From NCBI GenBank assembly GCA_937967455.1, contig CALCJK010000013.1:6302-70301 (forward strand): a DNA stretch of 64,000 bases. The letters are read 5' to 3'. The stretch is from an uncultured bacterium (GTDB lineage Bacteria; Bacteroidota; Ignavibacteria; UBA10030; BY39). The notes below the pieces were generated by a model that ran no database searches, was not told the DNA's origin, and saw only the letters and a list, made by a program, of their open reading frames with translations. How positions within the stretch are numbered: position 1 is the stretch's first letter; each line of letters begins with the position of its first letter. Position numbers and translations under genes: made by a program. Positions 30,600 to 41,361 of the stretch are shown here, in pieces.

Positions 30600-31628
30600 T
30601 TATTTTTCTTTTATTAGTTCATCTATTTTATTTAAAAACTTTTCTTCATTTTCAATGAATTTAACTTCAATAATTAAATAATATAATGCTATACCTTCAA
30701 ATTTATTACGAAACTTACTCAGTTTAATTGCATCCTTTTCTGTAGTAATGATAATGTCAATTTTATTTTCCTTTGATTCTGATATTATATTATTAATATC
30801 AGCTTCATTGTAGAAATGGTGATCTCTAAAAGTTTTAAATTTTTGAATAAAAATTCCAGTTTCCTTTAAAGTCCGATAAAATGATTCTGGTTTACCTATA
30901 CCACAAAATGCATAACATGTTTTAGATTTAAGTTCTTCAAGGTGAAGGATGTTGTTCTCAAAAACATTCTTTAGACCAGTTACTTTGTAAGTAAATTTTG
31001 CCTGTAGTTTATCTTTAAAATTTTTTATCACTTTCTTATCGATTTCTCCATTTGAGAATAATATAAAATCTGCTCTATTCAGTGAGTGTATCGGTTCGCG
31101 TGCAAAACCAGAGGGTAAAAGTAAACGATCTAAAAATGATCTAGAAGCATTTAAAATTACAACATCCAAATTTCTTGATAGTTTTCTGTGTTGAAAACCA
31201 TCATCTAAGATTACAAGATCCACATTATACGTGTCTTTTGCCAGTTTTGCAGCTTTATATTTGTTTTCGCTTACCAGAACGATTGCTTGAGGGAATTTCC
31301 TGGCAATTTGCAACGGCTCGTCACCGCAAACATAGGGATCGGGATTCACAATTTTTCCGTCCGATACAATAATTAAACCTCTGGATTCTCTTTTATAGCC
31401 ACGACTCACTACGGCTACTTTTATATTTTTTGTAAGTAAGTATTTCAATAAATATTCTACAATTGGTGTTTTCCCAGTACCGCCTACTGTAATATTACCA
31501 ATGGAGATGATGGGTAAATCTAAATTCCTGATTTTGAATAATCCTATATCAAAGAACAAATTTCTGATTAATATTACAAGAGTGTATATAAAACTTATTG
31601 GTAATAAAATTATGCGTATGAATATCAC
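30600..31628 (-). CDS. lpxK: Tetraacyldisaccharide 4'-kinase
   Basis: [26 protein letters not shown] and TTEKDA motifs. Confidence 0.95.
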   Translation of the reverse strand: MIFIRIILLPISFIYTLVILIRNLFFDIGLFKIRNLDLPIISIGNITVGGTGKTPIVEYLLKYLLTKNIKVAVVSRGYKRESRGLIIVSDGKIVNPDPYVCGDEPLQIARKFPQAIVLVSENKYKAAKLAKDTYNVDLVILDDGFQHRKLSRNLDVVILNASRSFLDRLLLPSGFAREPIHSLNRADFILFSNGEIDKKVIKNFKDKLQAKFTYKVTGLKNVFENNILHLEELKSKTCYAFCGIGKPESFYRTLKETGIFIQKFKTFRDHHFYNEADINNIISESKENKIDIIITTEKDAIKLSKFRNKFEGIALYYLIIEVKFIENEEKFLNKIDELIKEK

Positions 31629-31629
31629 T

Positions 31630-32751
31630 TTACAATAGGAATTTTAAAATTGATTCTGCTACTCTAATTGATGCACCAGGTTTTCCTAATTTTTTGGCAA
31701 CCATTTTTAGTTCTGAAGCAACCATATTTCTTAAATTTTCGTCTTTTAAAAATTTAGCACATTCAAATACAATATTTTTAGTACAAGCTCTGTGCTGAAT
31801 TAATTCAGGTACAATTTGTTTTCCTGCAAGAATGTTTGCCAGTCCAATGTTTTTAATTTTTATTAATAGCCTTCCTATCAAATATGTTAGAAAGGAAGTT
31901 TTATATAAAATCACCATTGGAGTATTGAAATATGCCAATTCCAGTGTTGCCGTACCAGAAGTAACAATTGCAACGTCGCAGTTTTTCATTAGATCGTATG
32001 TAGCATATTGTAATACTTTTACGCTTGATTCTTCATCTAAAAATGATTTTATATAATCACCTTCAAATACTGAAGCTGCACCTACTGCTATCTGTGCAGA
32101 AAATTCTGTTTCCAAATCTTTCGTGGCATTTAGCATAGTAGGGAAAATCTTATTCACTTCTTGATATCTACTGCCTGGAAATAATCCAATAATTGGTTTA
32201 TTTTTCTCAAATCCATACCTTTTACAAAAATCACTTCTGTTCATTGGTTGCTCTATTATATCTAGAATTGGATGGCCTACGTATTCCACGTTTATTCCAG
32301 CTTTTTTATATATTTCTTCTTCAAATTCAAAGACTACAAAAACCTTATCTACACATTTTTTAATCTTTTCTATTCTTTTAAAGTTCCATGCCCATATTTG
32401 TGGGGCAATATAATAAAATGTCTTAATTCCAGAATTGTGTGCTTTTTCTGCGAAGCGTAAATTAAATCCAGGGTAATCTATCAGCAAAACTGCATCAGGT
32501 TTTTGATGTTGTAAAATAGTATCTAATGTTTTACTAACTGATCGTATTATAGGCAGTTTTTTGATAACTTCCCACGAACCCATAATGGCAAGTTCATCGA
32601 TATGATATATTAATTTGACACCTTCTTTTTTCATCTTATCACCGCCAATGCCTGAAATTTCCAGGTCTTTATTCAAATTTTTGAGAGCTTTTACAACAGA
32701 TGCACCGTGTGTATCTCCAGAAGCTTCACCAGCTATGATAAGTAACCGCAT
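31630..32751 (-). CDS. lpxB: Lipid-A-disaccharide synthase
   Basis: AGEASGD, IDYPGFN, PQIWAW, VGHP, PGSR and SGTATLE. The start at ATG 32751 overlaps the upstream TAA. Confidence 0.95.
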   Translation of the reverse strand: MRLLIIAGEASGDTHGASVVKALKNLNKDLEISGIGGDKMKKEGVKLIYHIDELAIMGSWEVIKKLPIIRSVSKTLDTILQHQKPDAVLLIDYPGFNLRFAEKAHNSGIKTFYYIAPQIWAWNFKRIEKIKKCVDKVFVVFEFEEEIYKKAGINVEYVGHPILDIIEQPMNRSDFCKRYGFEKNKPIIGLFPGSRYQEVNKIFPTMLNATKDLETEFSAQIAVGAASVFEGDYIKSFLDEESSVKVLQYATYDLMKNCDVAIVTSGTATLELAYFNTPMVILYKTSFLTYLIGRLLIKIKNIGLANILAGKQIVPELIQHRACTKNIVFECAKFLKDENLRNMVASELKMVAKKLGKPGASIRVAESILKFLL

Positions 32752-33380
32752 TATACTACCCCCGAGCAAAAAACTTGTGAAAAAAACCTAGTTTGTTGCT
32801 GATTTTGAATTAGCCAGATTATAATAACTATTATTACAATTATTAATATTGCCTGCAAAGTTCGTTTTTCGGATTTCAATCCTTTGTTCCAGTCCAACTT
32901 TGGTTGGTTTAAATTGGTAAGCTGGTATTTTCGGAAATTCGGTAAAAACTTTGGAACATAATTTTTATACTGTTTATATTCGTCACCATAAACGTTGAGT
33001 AAATGTTCTTCTTCAAGACTTACAATCATAAAGTATTGAAAGATGAAATATAAAAGTGTAATTAAAGTTAAACTTGGGAAGCTTGCGTACGACATAACTC
33101 CAACTCCTAAGTAAATAATAATGTTTCCAAGATAGAGTGGATTGCGCACATATGCAAATGGTCCGCTTGTAATTAAATTTGAACCACCAACTTCTTTAGT
33201 TGTACGTGTTTCACTTCCTGCAATTGATACACCCCATAATCTTAAAAATTCACCGAGTAGAACAAAAACAATTCCAATCAACAAACTCATTATCGTTGGT
33301 TTTGCATATAAAATCATCAAAATTAAAAAAGGAATTGGAGTATAACTGCGATATTTGAAAAGAATTTTTCTAATGTCCAT
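32751..33380 (-). CDS. Isoprenylcysteine carboxyl methyltransferase (ICMT/PEMT) family membrane methyltransferase, LmtA-like candidate
   Basis: Hydrophobic helices, LITSGPFAYVRNPLYLG, EEEHL...YG..Y..Y...VPKF and an N-terminal LFKYRSYTP. Confidence 0.8.
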   Translation of the reverse strand: MDIRKILFKYRSYTPIPFLILMILYAKPTIMSLLIGIVFVLLGEFLRLWGVSIAGSETRTTKEVGGSNLITSGPFAYVRNPLYLGNIIIYLGVGVMSYASFPSLTLITLLYFIFQYFMIVSLEEEHLLNVYGDEYKQYKNYVPKFLPNFRKYQLTNLNQPKLDWNKGLKSEKRTLQAILIIVIIVIIIWLIQNQQQTRFFSQVFCSGVV

Positions 33381-33381
33381 A

Positions 33382-34104
33382 TTATCCAGATGTAAAAACT
33401 TCTCTTCTATTGAATTCAGCTTGTTGACGTTTACGTATTCTCTTGCGTTTTAAAATTTCTTCTAATCGATTTATGATATCAATGAAATTTTGGTATAGAT
33501 AGTAAGATATATTTTTTTTCTGACAGTAAGTTTGAAGTTTATCTCTTGCAAATACAATATCGGCGAAATTTACTGCACATTGATCTGAAAAACCATTCCC
33601 AATGTAAACAATTATGTCTTCATCTGATGATAAAGTTAGTAGACGATTTCTTTTACAGCAGGCACATCTTGTACATTCTTCGTCGGTATAGGGGAATTCG
33701 GCTACTAAAGTTCCGTTATCCAGAATTTTTAATTTATTTGCAAAGAATTTTAGATTTTTTATTTGATATTTTTTTAGAATTCTCTCGATGTATAAATCAA
33801 ATCCATCGCTGACTATAAATATTTCTATAACATTATCGTTTTGATTTTTTATTTTGCAGAAATTTAAGAAATCTATGAATGTTACATCTATTTCCTGTTC
33901 ATCTATGAATGAGATAAAATCTTCATACTTGACAGAACCACATGCTTTTGTTAATTCATGATAAAATTCTATTGCGTTTAATGTTCCACATAGGTAATTT
34001 TCTACGATCTTATGTGTTGGTTCACCGGCGAAATGGAGGAATAATTTATAACCTATATCTCCTTTCGATATTGTGCCATCAAAATCTATAAAAATTTTTA
34101 ACAT
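33382..34104 (-). CDS. MtnX-like HAD-IB family phosphatase
   Basis: DFDGT, VSDG, C..CACCK and YIGNGFSD.CAV..ADIVFAR motifs. Confidence 0.85.
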   Translation of the reverse strand: MLKIFIDFDGTISKGDIGYKLFLHFAGEPTHKIVENYLCGTLNAIEFYHELTKACGSVKYEDFISFIDEQEIDVTFIDFLNFCKIKNQNDNVIEIFIVSDGFDLYIERILKKYQIKNLKFFANKLKILDNGTLVAEFPYTDEECTRCACCKRNRLLTLSSDEDIIVYIGNGFSDQCAVNFADIVFARDKLQTYCQKKNISYYLYQNFIDIINRLEEILKRKRIRKRQQAEFNRREVFTSG

Positions 34105-34110
34105 ATTCGC

Positions 34111-37100
34111 TTAGAACCCTGTTGCTACCGATGCTGAACGTACTTTTTCTTCTTCGTTAAAGCGAACCGTTACAATCTTGGAAACACCTTCCTCCTCCAT
34201 TGTAACTCCATAGATTGCATTTGCAGATTCCATTGTTTGCTTATTATGGGTTACAACAATGAATTGTGTATTATCTGAGAATTTTTTCAGTATTCTTGTA
34301 AATCTATCAATATTGGAATCATCAAGCGGTGCATCAACTTCATCAAGAATACAGAAAGGACTTGGTTTTACAAGATAAATTGCAAATAGAAGAGCGATTG
34401 CAGTCAGAGTTTTTTCGCCACCAGAAAGTAAATCGATTGAGGTTGGACGCTTTCCCCTTGGTTTTGCTATGATTTCTATTCGGGCTTCTAATGGATCCTG
34501 TCCTTCTTCAAGTTTTAAATCGCATTCGTCACCTTCGTCAAACAAACTTTTGAAAGTTTTGATGAAGTTTTCCCTGATTTTTTCAAATGTATCAAGGAAT
34601 TTCTTTTGAGCAGTGTTGTTTATCTCTTCAATCGTATTGATCAAGGTACGTTCGGCTTCTATCAAATCGTCTCTTTGTTGAGTCATAAATGTCAGGCGTT
34701 CGCTTTCGGTTTGATATTCATCAAAAGCAGCAAAGTTAATAGCACCAAGCATTTTCAATCTTTCTTTGATTTGTCTCACCTCTTCTCGTTTAGCGGCAAA
34801 ATCAACCCATTCGGTCTCTGGATATTCTTTCAATTCTATCTCGATTTCAAACTCATTCTTTGCTCTTTCAATAATGTGCTGAATATTCTGATTAACTTCA
34901 TGAATTTTTATTTCTAAGTCATGATACTTGTTAACATAATCATCATAGGTTTTTCTGTCTTCTTTGAGTTTAAGTTCTATTCTGTGTATCTCATTACGCT
35001 TTTTGGTGTAATTTTGTTCTACTGCTTGTTTTTCTTGCTCAACTTTGTTTAAATTTTCTTTAAGTAAATTTATTCTGCTTTCACTTTCCTGCAATTCACC
35101 TAAAATTTTATTGATTTCAAGATGTGCGTTTTTTATTTCATCGTCCCTTATTTGAAGTGTTAAGATAATATTATTTATGGTTTGATTATCTCTCTCGAGT
35201 TCTAATTCTAAATTTTTCTTTGTATTTTGTAGATTAATTAAATGTATTTTTGTTTCATTAATTTCTTTTGCCAGTTCATTTCTGCTGTTTACAATTTCTT
35301 TTATTTCATTGTTTAATTGTGTTATTGTTTCATCGATAGAAATTTTGTGATTGTCGATTTTTTTAAGTATAGGAAGTAGTTCATTTAGATTTGTTTCGAG
35401 TGTGGAAAGCTCAGCTTTTAAAGTTTCGATATCCACTTGGGTCCTATTGAAAGAATTTTGTGCACGACTTTTTTCATATTCATATTGTGCAATTTGCATC
35501 TCAACAGATGCCATTTCTTTTTCAAGTATTTTTACTTCTTCAATTGATAATTTTATATTAAGTGTTTCAATTTCCTTTTCTTTTTTGCCTATTTCTTCTT
35601 GAAGCTCAGCAATCTTTTGATTGAGATTAGTTTTCTCAAGATTGAGTTGTTCAAGCATTTCACTCTTGCCAATAAGCAGACTTTCCTGCTCGGTATTACT
35701 GCCTGCTCTTATTATACCCCCAGTCGTTTTTATATCACCATCTATTGAAACAAATGTGACGCCGAGTAGGAAGTCGGGTATTTTATTTATATCCTCAACG
35801 ATTACAACATTTTCCAGGAGATAGTTAATAAGTTCGCGGTAAGGTTCCTCAACCCTTATTACTTGATCAGCCCAGAGGTAAGAGTTCTTTTTGATTTTAT
35901 TGAGTCTCTTAACTTTGGGAATTCGATTCAGGCATACGAAAACAGCTTTACCTTTTTGATTTTTATTTAAAAAATTTGCAGCTTCAATTGCCTCATTTTC
36001 GTTTTGGACAACTATATAATTTGCTGCTTCACCAAGAGCTGTTTGTAATGCAAGTCGGTATTTTGGTTCAGTATTAATAAGTTCTGCTACAATAGGAAAT
36101 TTTTTGTATTCGTTAAATAGAAAAGCTATACTTTGATGATCATCTGCTTTTTCTATAAGTCCTTCAATAAATTCAGTTTTAGTAATAACTCTATTGAGTT
36201 CATTTTTAAAATTTATCTCTTGATTTTGTAACTCCTGAAGTTCTAACTGAAGTTGTTGAATTTTTTCTTCAATTTGAGTTTTTTCCAGCTCGGCTTTTGC
36301 AAACTCTTTATGCAATAGTTTATCTTTCGTTGTTAATTCAGCAACTTCCTTTTCACATCTTTTAATTTCGTTTTCAAAATAAATTCCGTCTTCTCTGGCT
36401 CTCTCAATTAAACGATTAATATTTTCAATTTTTTCTTCTATTAACTGCTTTTCGCTGGATTTTTTTGCAAATTCTTGTATTAGAGAGATAGACTCATTTT
36501 TATAATTTTGCAGCCTGTTTTCTTTACTGTTTAAATCAGCGCTTATATTGTCAAATTCGTTTTTTAAGATTTCGAATTTTTCTTGAATATTTTTTAAGCT
36601 TATAGCATTGTTTTCAATTTCTTTAGTTAATCGTTCTTTATTTTCTTCAAGTTTTATTCTATTATTTTGTAAATCAATTTTTTCTTTTTCGTATCTTTTT
36701 ATATTAAACTTCAGTGCATTAATTTTTTGATTACCAATGATTATTAACTCTTCAATTTTGTGTTTTTCGTTAACAATTTGTGAAGATTCTCTTAAAAGCT
36801 CATTTAATTTGTGCTCAATCTCTCCGACTTCAATTCTCATCTGATCAATTTGATAGTCTTGCTCTGATAAGAATTTTTCAATTTTTTCTTTCTCAGTTTT
36901 TGTGTAAACGAACTTATCTTTGAGTGGTAACAATTTTTTATGCAGGTAGGAGTATTCTTGTTCGAGTAATTCGATTTCAAGTTCTCGGAGCTTTTGCGAT
37001 AATTCGTTGTATTGTTCTGCTCTTTTGGATTGCCTTTCAAGTGTATTAACTGTTTTCTGAATTTCTTTAACCATATCATTTACACGAACTAAATCCTGCT

Positions 37101-37653
37101 GGACACTTTCGAGCTTATTAAAAGCAGCTTTCCGGCGATGTTTATATTTCGTAACTCCTGCAGCTTCTTCAAAAAGTCGCCTGCGCTCATCTGTTTTATC
37201 GCTCAGGATGGTTTCAACCATTTTCAACTCAATTACTGAGTAAGCATCGGCACCCATTCCTGTGTCCATAAAAAGATCTAGAATGTCTTTCAATCTGCAC
37301 GGTACCTTATTTAACAAATATTCACTTTCACCTGAACGATAAACTCGTCTTGTAACAGTAACCTGTGAATAATCGGTCGGAAGAATACCTTTTGTGTTCT
37401 CGATTACAATTGAAACCTCCGCCATACCAAGAGGTTTTCTATTCTTTGTACCGTTAAAAATCACATCTTCCATTTTATCTGAACGCAGAGTGCTATATCT
37501 CTGCTCACCTAATGCCCATCTTATAGCATCCACTATATTTGTTTTCCCACAACCATTGGGTCCAACAATAGCAGTGATTCCAGAATCAAATGTTAGGTTA
37601 ACACTTTGAGCAAAAGATTTAAAACCAAATATTTCAATTTTAGATAAATACAT
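34111..37653 (-). CDS. smc: Chromosome segregation protein SMC
   Basis: GFKSF, GPNGCGKTN Walker A, long coiled coils with a hinge, LSGGE and LDEVDAPLD. Confidence 0.97.
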   Translation of the reverse strand: MYLSKIEIFGFKSFAQSVNLTFDSGITAIVGPNGCGKTNIVDAIRWALGEQRYSTLRSDKMEDVIFNGTKNRKPLGMAEVSIVIENTKGILPTDYSQVTVTRRVYRSGESEYLLNKVPCRLKDILDLFMDTGMGADAYSVIELKMVETILSDKTDERRRLFEEAAGVTKYKHRRKAAFNKLESVQQDLVRVNDMVKEIQKTVNTLERQSKRAEQYNELSQKLRELEIELLEQEYSYLHKKLLPLKDKFVYTKTEKEKIEKFLSEQDYQIDQMRIEVGEIEHKLNELLRESSQIVNEKHKIEELIIIGNQKINALKFNIKRYEKEKIDLQNNRIKLEENKERLTKEIENNAISLKNIQEKFEILKNEFDNISADLNSKENRLQNYKNESISLIQEFAKKSSEKQLIEEKIENINRLIERAREDGIYFENEIKRCEKEVAELTTKDKLLHKEFAKAELEKTQIEEKIQQLQLELQELQNQEINFKNELNRVITKTEFIEGLIEKADDHQSIAFLFNEYKKFPIVAELINTEPKYRLALQTALGEAANYIVVQNENEAIEAANFLNKNQKGKAVFVCLNRIPKVKRLNKIKKNSYLWADQVIRVEEPYRELINYLLENVVIVEDINKIPDFLLGVTFVSIDGDIKTTGGIIRAGSNTEQESLLIGKSEMLEQLNLEKTNLNQKIAELQEEIGKKEKEIETLNIKLSIEEVKILEKEMASVEMQIAQYEYEKSRAQNSFNRTQVDIETLKAELSTLETNLNELLPILKKIDNHKISIDETITQLNNEIKEIVNSRNELAKEINETKIHLINLQNTKKNLELELERDNQTINNIILTLQIRDDEIKNAHLEINKILGELQESESRINLLKENLNKVEQEKQAVEQNYTKKRNEIHRIELKLKEDRKTYDDYVNKYHDLEIKIHEVNQNIQHIIERAKNEFEIEIELKEYPETEWVDFAAKREEVRQIKERLKMLGAINFAAFDEYQTESERLTFMTQQRDDLIEAERTLINTIEEINNTAQKKFLDTFEKIRENFIKTFKSLFDEGDECDLKLEEGQDPLEARIEIIAKPRGKRPTSIDLLSGGEKTLTAIALLFAIYLVKPSPFCILDEVDAPLDDSNIDRFTRILKKFSDNTQFIVVTHNKQTMESANAIYGVTMEEEGVSKIVTVRFNEEEKVRSASVATGF

Positions 37654-40287
37654 TTAAAATATACTTTGCGTTTCTATAAAATATTTTAAGAATACAAATG
37701 TAGATTTTGTATGTTCTAAATAACTGGCCGTAATGCCAGCAATTAATATAATAATTAGAAATCCCAATCCATAAACTTTGAAGGCTGAAACATCAAATAT
37801 AATTGAAATGCCTTTAAATAATCTAAATATCGAAATTATTAGTATTAATAATATTAATGCAAGTGAAATGTATAGATAAACGGGTTCAACTATAATTCTG
37901 TATAGTATCATTGCTAATGGTATAAGGACAATGGTTGGTACAAACGCCCAAATTGTAATTGAAAAAATATGATATAAGTATACCTTTATTCTAGTAAAAA
38001 GAGAAATTAATTTAACCAGCAACACAATTGTTATGAATTTTAAAAAAATTATTAAAGAGAAATGTATTATAAATTGTGTTGGATTCCATATAAGTTTCAC
38101 AATGTAAGTTTTTATTGCATCAGTTGAAATTTGTGTCAGTATATTATCAATAAAAAGATTGTACCGGAAATGCAAGGCAATACTAGAAATTAAAATTGCG
38201 AAATTTACTGAAAAAAGTAAAATTAGGAAAAATGTATGACTTGCTGGAATGATTCGTTGATCTCTTACATCTGCAAAAAAATTGTATGTTCTAAACATTG
38301 AACGATTAATATTTTCTCGAAACCTGCGATTACTGTTATAAAAGAAAGCAATTGAAATTAAAATAATTAATCCAAGAATTACATAAATCATCGGGGATGT
38401 TGGTGTGTAATTTCCCACAGGTATTGCAGTAATTTTCTCGTTATTGAATATATTGCGAATAACGTCATAAACTATCCTTTGCTGCCTATCGCTGCTAACC
38501 ATACCCATTGTTTTTAAGTAAGGATTATCTGAAGGAGCAATTAGAGAAGGTCTGTCAGAAAACCAATCGTTATATGTCCAGAATACGCCCCCAGAAAATT
38601 TTGACTCTTTTATTATGTTATACAATTGCCATGTATACCAGGCTTGATATTCAACAGAATTGGGATCACTATAACCATTTTTGTTCTCTGGATTAATTTC
38701 CTTGCCATATCTTCCAGCAATTATGATTTTGTCCTGATACTTCATTCTTAAATCTAATAACGTTGATTTTAAATTGCTGAAAGATTCATCGGGTCGGGGG
38801 TAAATGTTGAAAGCTAAAATGTCGAGCTCGGATTTAATTTTGCTTAGGTCCCAGTTTAATGGTGCTGAAAAGTAAACTGGTTTATCGTCAATATTTTTAA
38901 TAGTTGACCTTAACTGTGAAATATATTTCTTTGCGTTGGATTCTAACTTTTTGTTTAATTCAACTTCGTAACCTAAACCATATGCTAGGATTGAAACATT
39001 ATTTCTGTCTCTGTAAATTATATCTTTGATGTAACTTGAAGCTAAATCAACATAATATTCTTTTTCTAAAACACTGGCTGGGATTTGAATCATTGGAAGC
39101 TCTTCCATTACTAACAATCCGTATCTATCGCATAGGTTTATCAAATACGGATGAGGTGGATGAAGAAATCTGATTAAATTTGCACCTGTAGTTTTTATTT
39201 TGATTACATCCTTTTCCATTTGTTCGTATGTCAGTGCCGAAGCATAGAATGGATGTTGTTCAATGTAAAGAATACCATTTAGATAAATTGCTTTACCATT
39301 TAACAAGATATCAGAATCTTTTATGCGGAGTTCCTTAATTCCATAATTGAAAATGTACGCATCTAATGGTATTAAGTCTTTTCCATCAACTTTAAAGATA
39401 TTGCATTTTATAGTGTACAACTCAGGTGTTTCAGGCGACCAGAGTTTAGGATTTGGTATAGATAAATCTACAGAAATTTCTTTACTTTTTCTTCGTGGAA
39501 CATCAACAGGTATAAGATTGCTTTTACTAATTGCTACGTCACTAAATTTTTCGAAGATCTCAACTGAGTAGCCAATGTACGTGTTTTTTGATTTCTCCTC
39601 ATCTGGCAGAGCAAAACCTGAGTTTTCTATCAAAGATTTGATTCTTAGTTTAGCATTTTTATAATCTGAAGAAATTTCCAATTTAACTAGAGGGTCGCTT
39701 ATATAAATTTTAGGTGTTGCTAACAAATAAATATCTCTAAAAATACCACCATAATTTTTCCAGCCGATCACTTGATGGCGCAATGGAATAGTTGATTTAG
39801 TGTTTAATTCATTATTAACTATAATTTTAATTGTATTTTCATTGCCGATTTGTAAAATATTTTCTCTGATTGTAGAAACAAATGAAGAGTAACCTCCAAT
39901 GTGCCTTGTGATAAAATTACCGTTGATGTTTATTTCGCATTGATAATTGATACCATAAGCTACAAGAGAGAAATTATATTGTTCAAGCATTTCTTTTTTA
40001 ATTTCAAACTTTCTCTGGAAGATTATTTCTCCTTCATAGTCATAAGCAGATGGTATTTGAATATTTTGCCAGGATCTACCTTCAATTATATATTGCCAGT
40101 ATCCAGATAAGTCAATTTTTATACGTGTTGGTGAATCTGCAAACATTCCTGCATCGGGTCCAGCAAAAGTGGGTTGACCGTTTTCATAGAACTTTATTGG
40201 ATTGCTCTGGAATATTTGTGCCTCGCTGTGAAATGTATTAAGGATAAAAAGAAAATATGTTATAAAAGAATATAAAAACTTGCCCAA
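37654..40287 (-). CDS. Glycoside hydrolase family 2-like protein with C-terminal multi-pass membrane domain
   Basis: Signal peptide, NYGGIFRDIYL, PKLWSPETPELY, TIM-barrel region (GANLIR, CDRYGLLVMEE) and about 6 hydrophobic helices at the C-terminus. Confidence 0.8.
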   Translation of the reverse strand: MGKFLYSFITYFLFILNTFHSEAQIFQSNPIKFYENGQPTFAGPDAGMFADSPTRIKIDLSGYWQYIIEGRSWQNIQIPSAYDYEGEIIFQRKFEIKKEMLEQYNFSLVAYGINYQCEININGNFITRHIGGYSSFVSTIRENILQIGNENTIKIIVNNELNTKSTIPLRHQVIGWKNYGGIFRDIYLLATPKIYISDPLVKLEISSDYKNAKLRIKSLIENSGFALPDEEKSKNTYIGYSVEIFEKFSDVAISKSNLIPVDVPRRKSKEISVDLSIPNPKLWSPETPELYTIKCNIFKVDGKDLIPLDAYIFNYGIKELRIKDSDILLNGKAIYLNGILYIEQHPFYASALTYEQMEKDVIKIKTTGANLIRFLHPPHPYLINLCDRYGLLVMEELPMIQIPASVLEKEYYVDLASSYIKDIIYRDRNNVSILAYGLGYEVELNKKLESNAKKYISQLRSTIKNIDDKPVYFSAPLNWDLSKIKSELDILAFNIYPRPDESFSNLKSTLLDLRMKYQDKIIIAGRYGKEINPENKNGYSDPNSVEYQAWYTWQLYNIIKESKFSGGVFWTYNDWFSDRPSLIAPSDNPYLKTMGMVSSDRQQRIVYDVIRNIFNNEKITAIPVGNYTPTSPMIYVILGLIILISIAFFYNSNRRFRENINRSMFRTYNFFADVRDQRIIPASHTFFLILLFSVNFAILISSIALHFRYNLFIDNILTQISTDAIKTYIVKLIWNPTQFIIHFSLIIFLKFITIVLLVKLISLFTRIKVYLYHIFSITIWAFVPTIVLIPLAMILYRIIVEPVYLYISLALILLILIISIFRLFKGISIIFDVSAFKVYGLGFLIIILIAGITASYLEHTKSTFVFLKYFIETQSIF

Positions 40288-40455
40288 TTCAAATCCTTAT
40301 GGTATGAATATTTATGGAGGTAATCATTAAAATATTGTAAAAAAAAGTAATTTTCGCATAAAATATAATAAATTTTTTAGCGGAAAGCAATTTAAGCACA
40401 AAAAATGCCTTAAAATAGCCAGAAAAAGAAAATTTAGGGGAAATTGGATATTAGC

Positions 40456-41193
40456 TTATGGACTATTTAATTCAACCCAGTTTTCTAATGTTCCAGTGTT
40501 TATAAATGTGTCCCCACTACATCTTAATGTATCTGTATCTCTTTCTTCTTTTGTAATGATCAAATCAGAACGTGAGTTAACACCGCGTAATTTATAAATT
40601 TGAAAAATTGAATCAGATATAACATCAAAATACGAGATTAATTTCCAGCCATTAGGAGTATTGACGCCTATTGCAATGTCCGACATTGTTTGAGAGCCGA
40701 TATGTGTTCCAATTTGTTTCCCAGCATTTAGCATGTCTCCAACTTTGAGCGAATCGCTTATATTGATATGGAAAATTATAAAATAGAATGCAGGGAATTC
40801 ATTTGACTTGATATGCATTTGCGTGCCAGCCCATTCTTGGTATATTTTAAAAATTTTCCCGTTTATAGGTGAAAAGATTTTGATACTTGACCAATCAATA
40901 TCGCTTTTTGGTAAAAAGTAGTGTTTCATACTTCTACATGATTCAAAGTCATCGGAGTAATCGTGTCCAATTGAGGAGCGAAATTTTGAGATACGATAAA
41001 TTTTATCGAGCTCAATGTAATCTGAGTTCACAAATTTAGGGATACCATTTTTATCAATATCATATTTATCTTCCTGAACTTCTGCAGGAGTTATGTTTTC
41101 TTTATTGCAGGATAGAAAGAAATGTAGAATAAAAATTAAAAGGGAAGACCTTATTAGAGTTTTGTTAATAATTTTGAGTAGTTTAATCATCAA
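40456..41193 (-). CDS. Hypothetical lipoprotein with M23/LytM-like beta region
   Basis: Lipobox-like FLSC, IFSPINGKI and LKVGDMLNAGKQIG. The canonical HxH zinc motif is not seen. Confidence 0.55.
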   Translation of the reverse strand: MMIKLLKIINKTLIRSSLLIFILHFFLSCNKENITPAEVQEDKYDIDKNGIPKFVNSDYIELDKIYRISKFRSSIGHDYSDDFESCRSMKHYFLPKSDIDWSSIKIFSPINGKIFKIYQEWAGTQMHIKSNEFPAFYFIIFHINISDSLKVGDMLNAGKQIGTHIGSQTMSDIAIGVNTPNGWKLISYFDVISDSIFQIYKLRGVNSRSDLIITKEERDTDTLRCSGDTFINTGTLENWVELNSP

Positions 41194-41286
41194 TTACTGG
41201 TGTTTATTGTATTAGTCTATTTAAAATTAATTATATTCTGGTGAAAAGTCAAATGAATTACGGTGAGAGGATATATATATAAAATT

Positions 41287-41314
41287 TTGACTTTATTCAA
41301 AATATTTGTAGATT
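41287..41314 (+). promoter_or_regulatory. Putative promoter of rplU-rpmA
   Basis: TTGACT-N16-TAGATT upstream of rplU. Confidence 0.5.
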
Positions 41315-41361
41315 TAAGCAATTCAGAGTAAGTTTTTCACTTAATTTAAGGAATTGTTCAA

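Noticed and set aside
40351..40378. dif-like sequence TTTTCGCATAA-AATATA-ATAAATTTTTT
   Set aside because: The XerC-like arm resembles dif, but the XerD arm matches TTATGTTAAAT at only about 5 of 11 positions. It is probably chance in AT-rich DNA.
40288..41361. Switch from mostly minus-strand to mostly plus-strand genes as a possible replication origin
   Set aside because: No DnaA boxes (TTATCCACA) or dnaA/dnaN genes are seen, and I could not compute GC skew.
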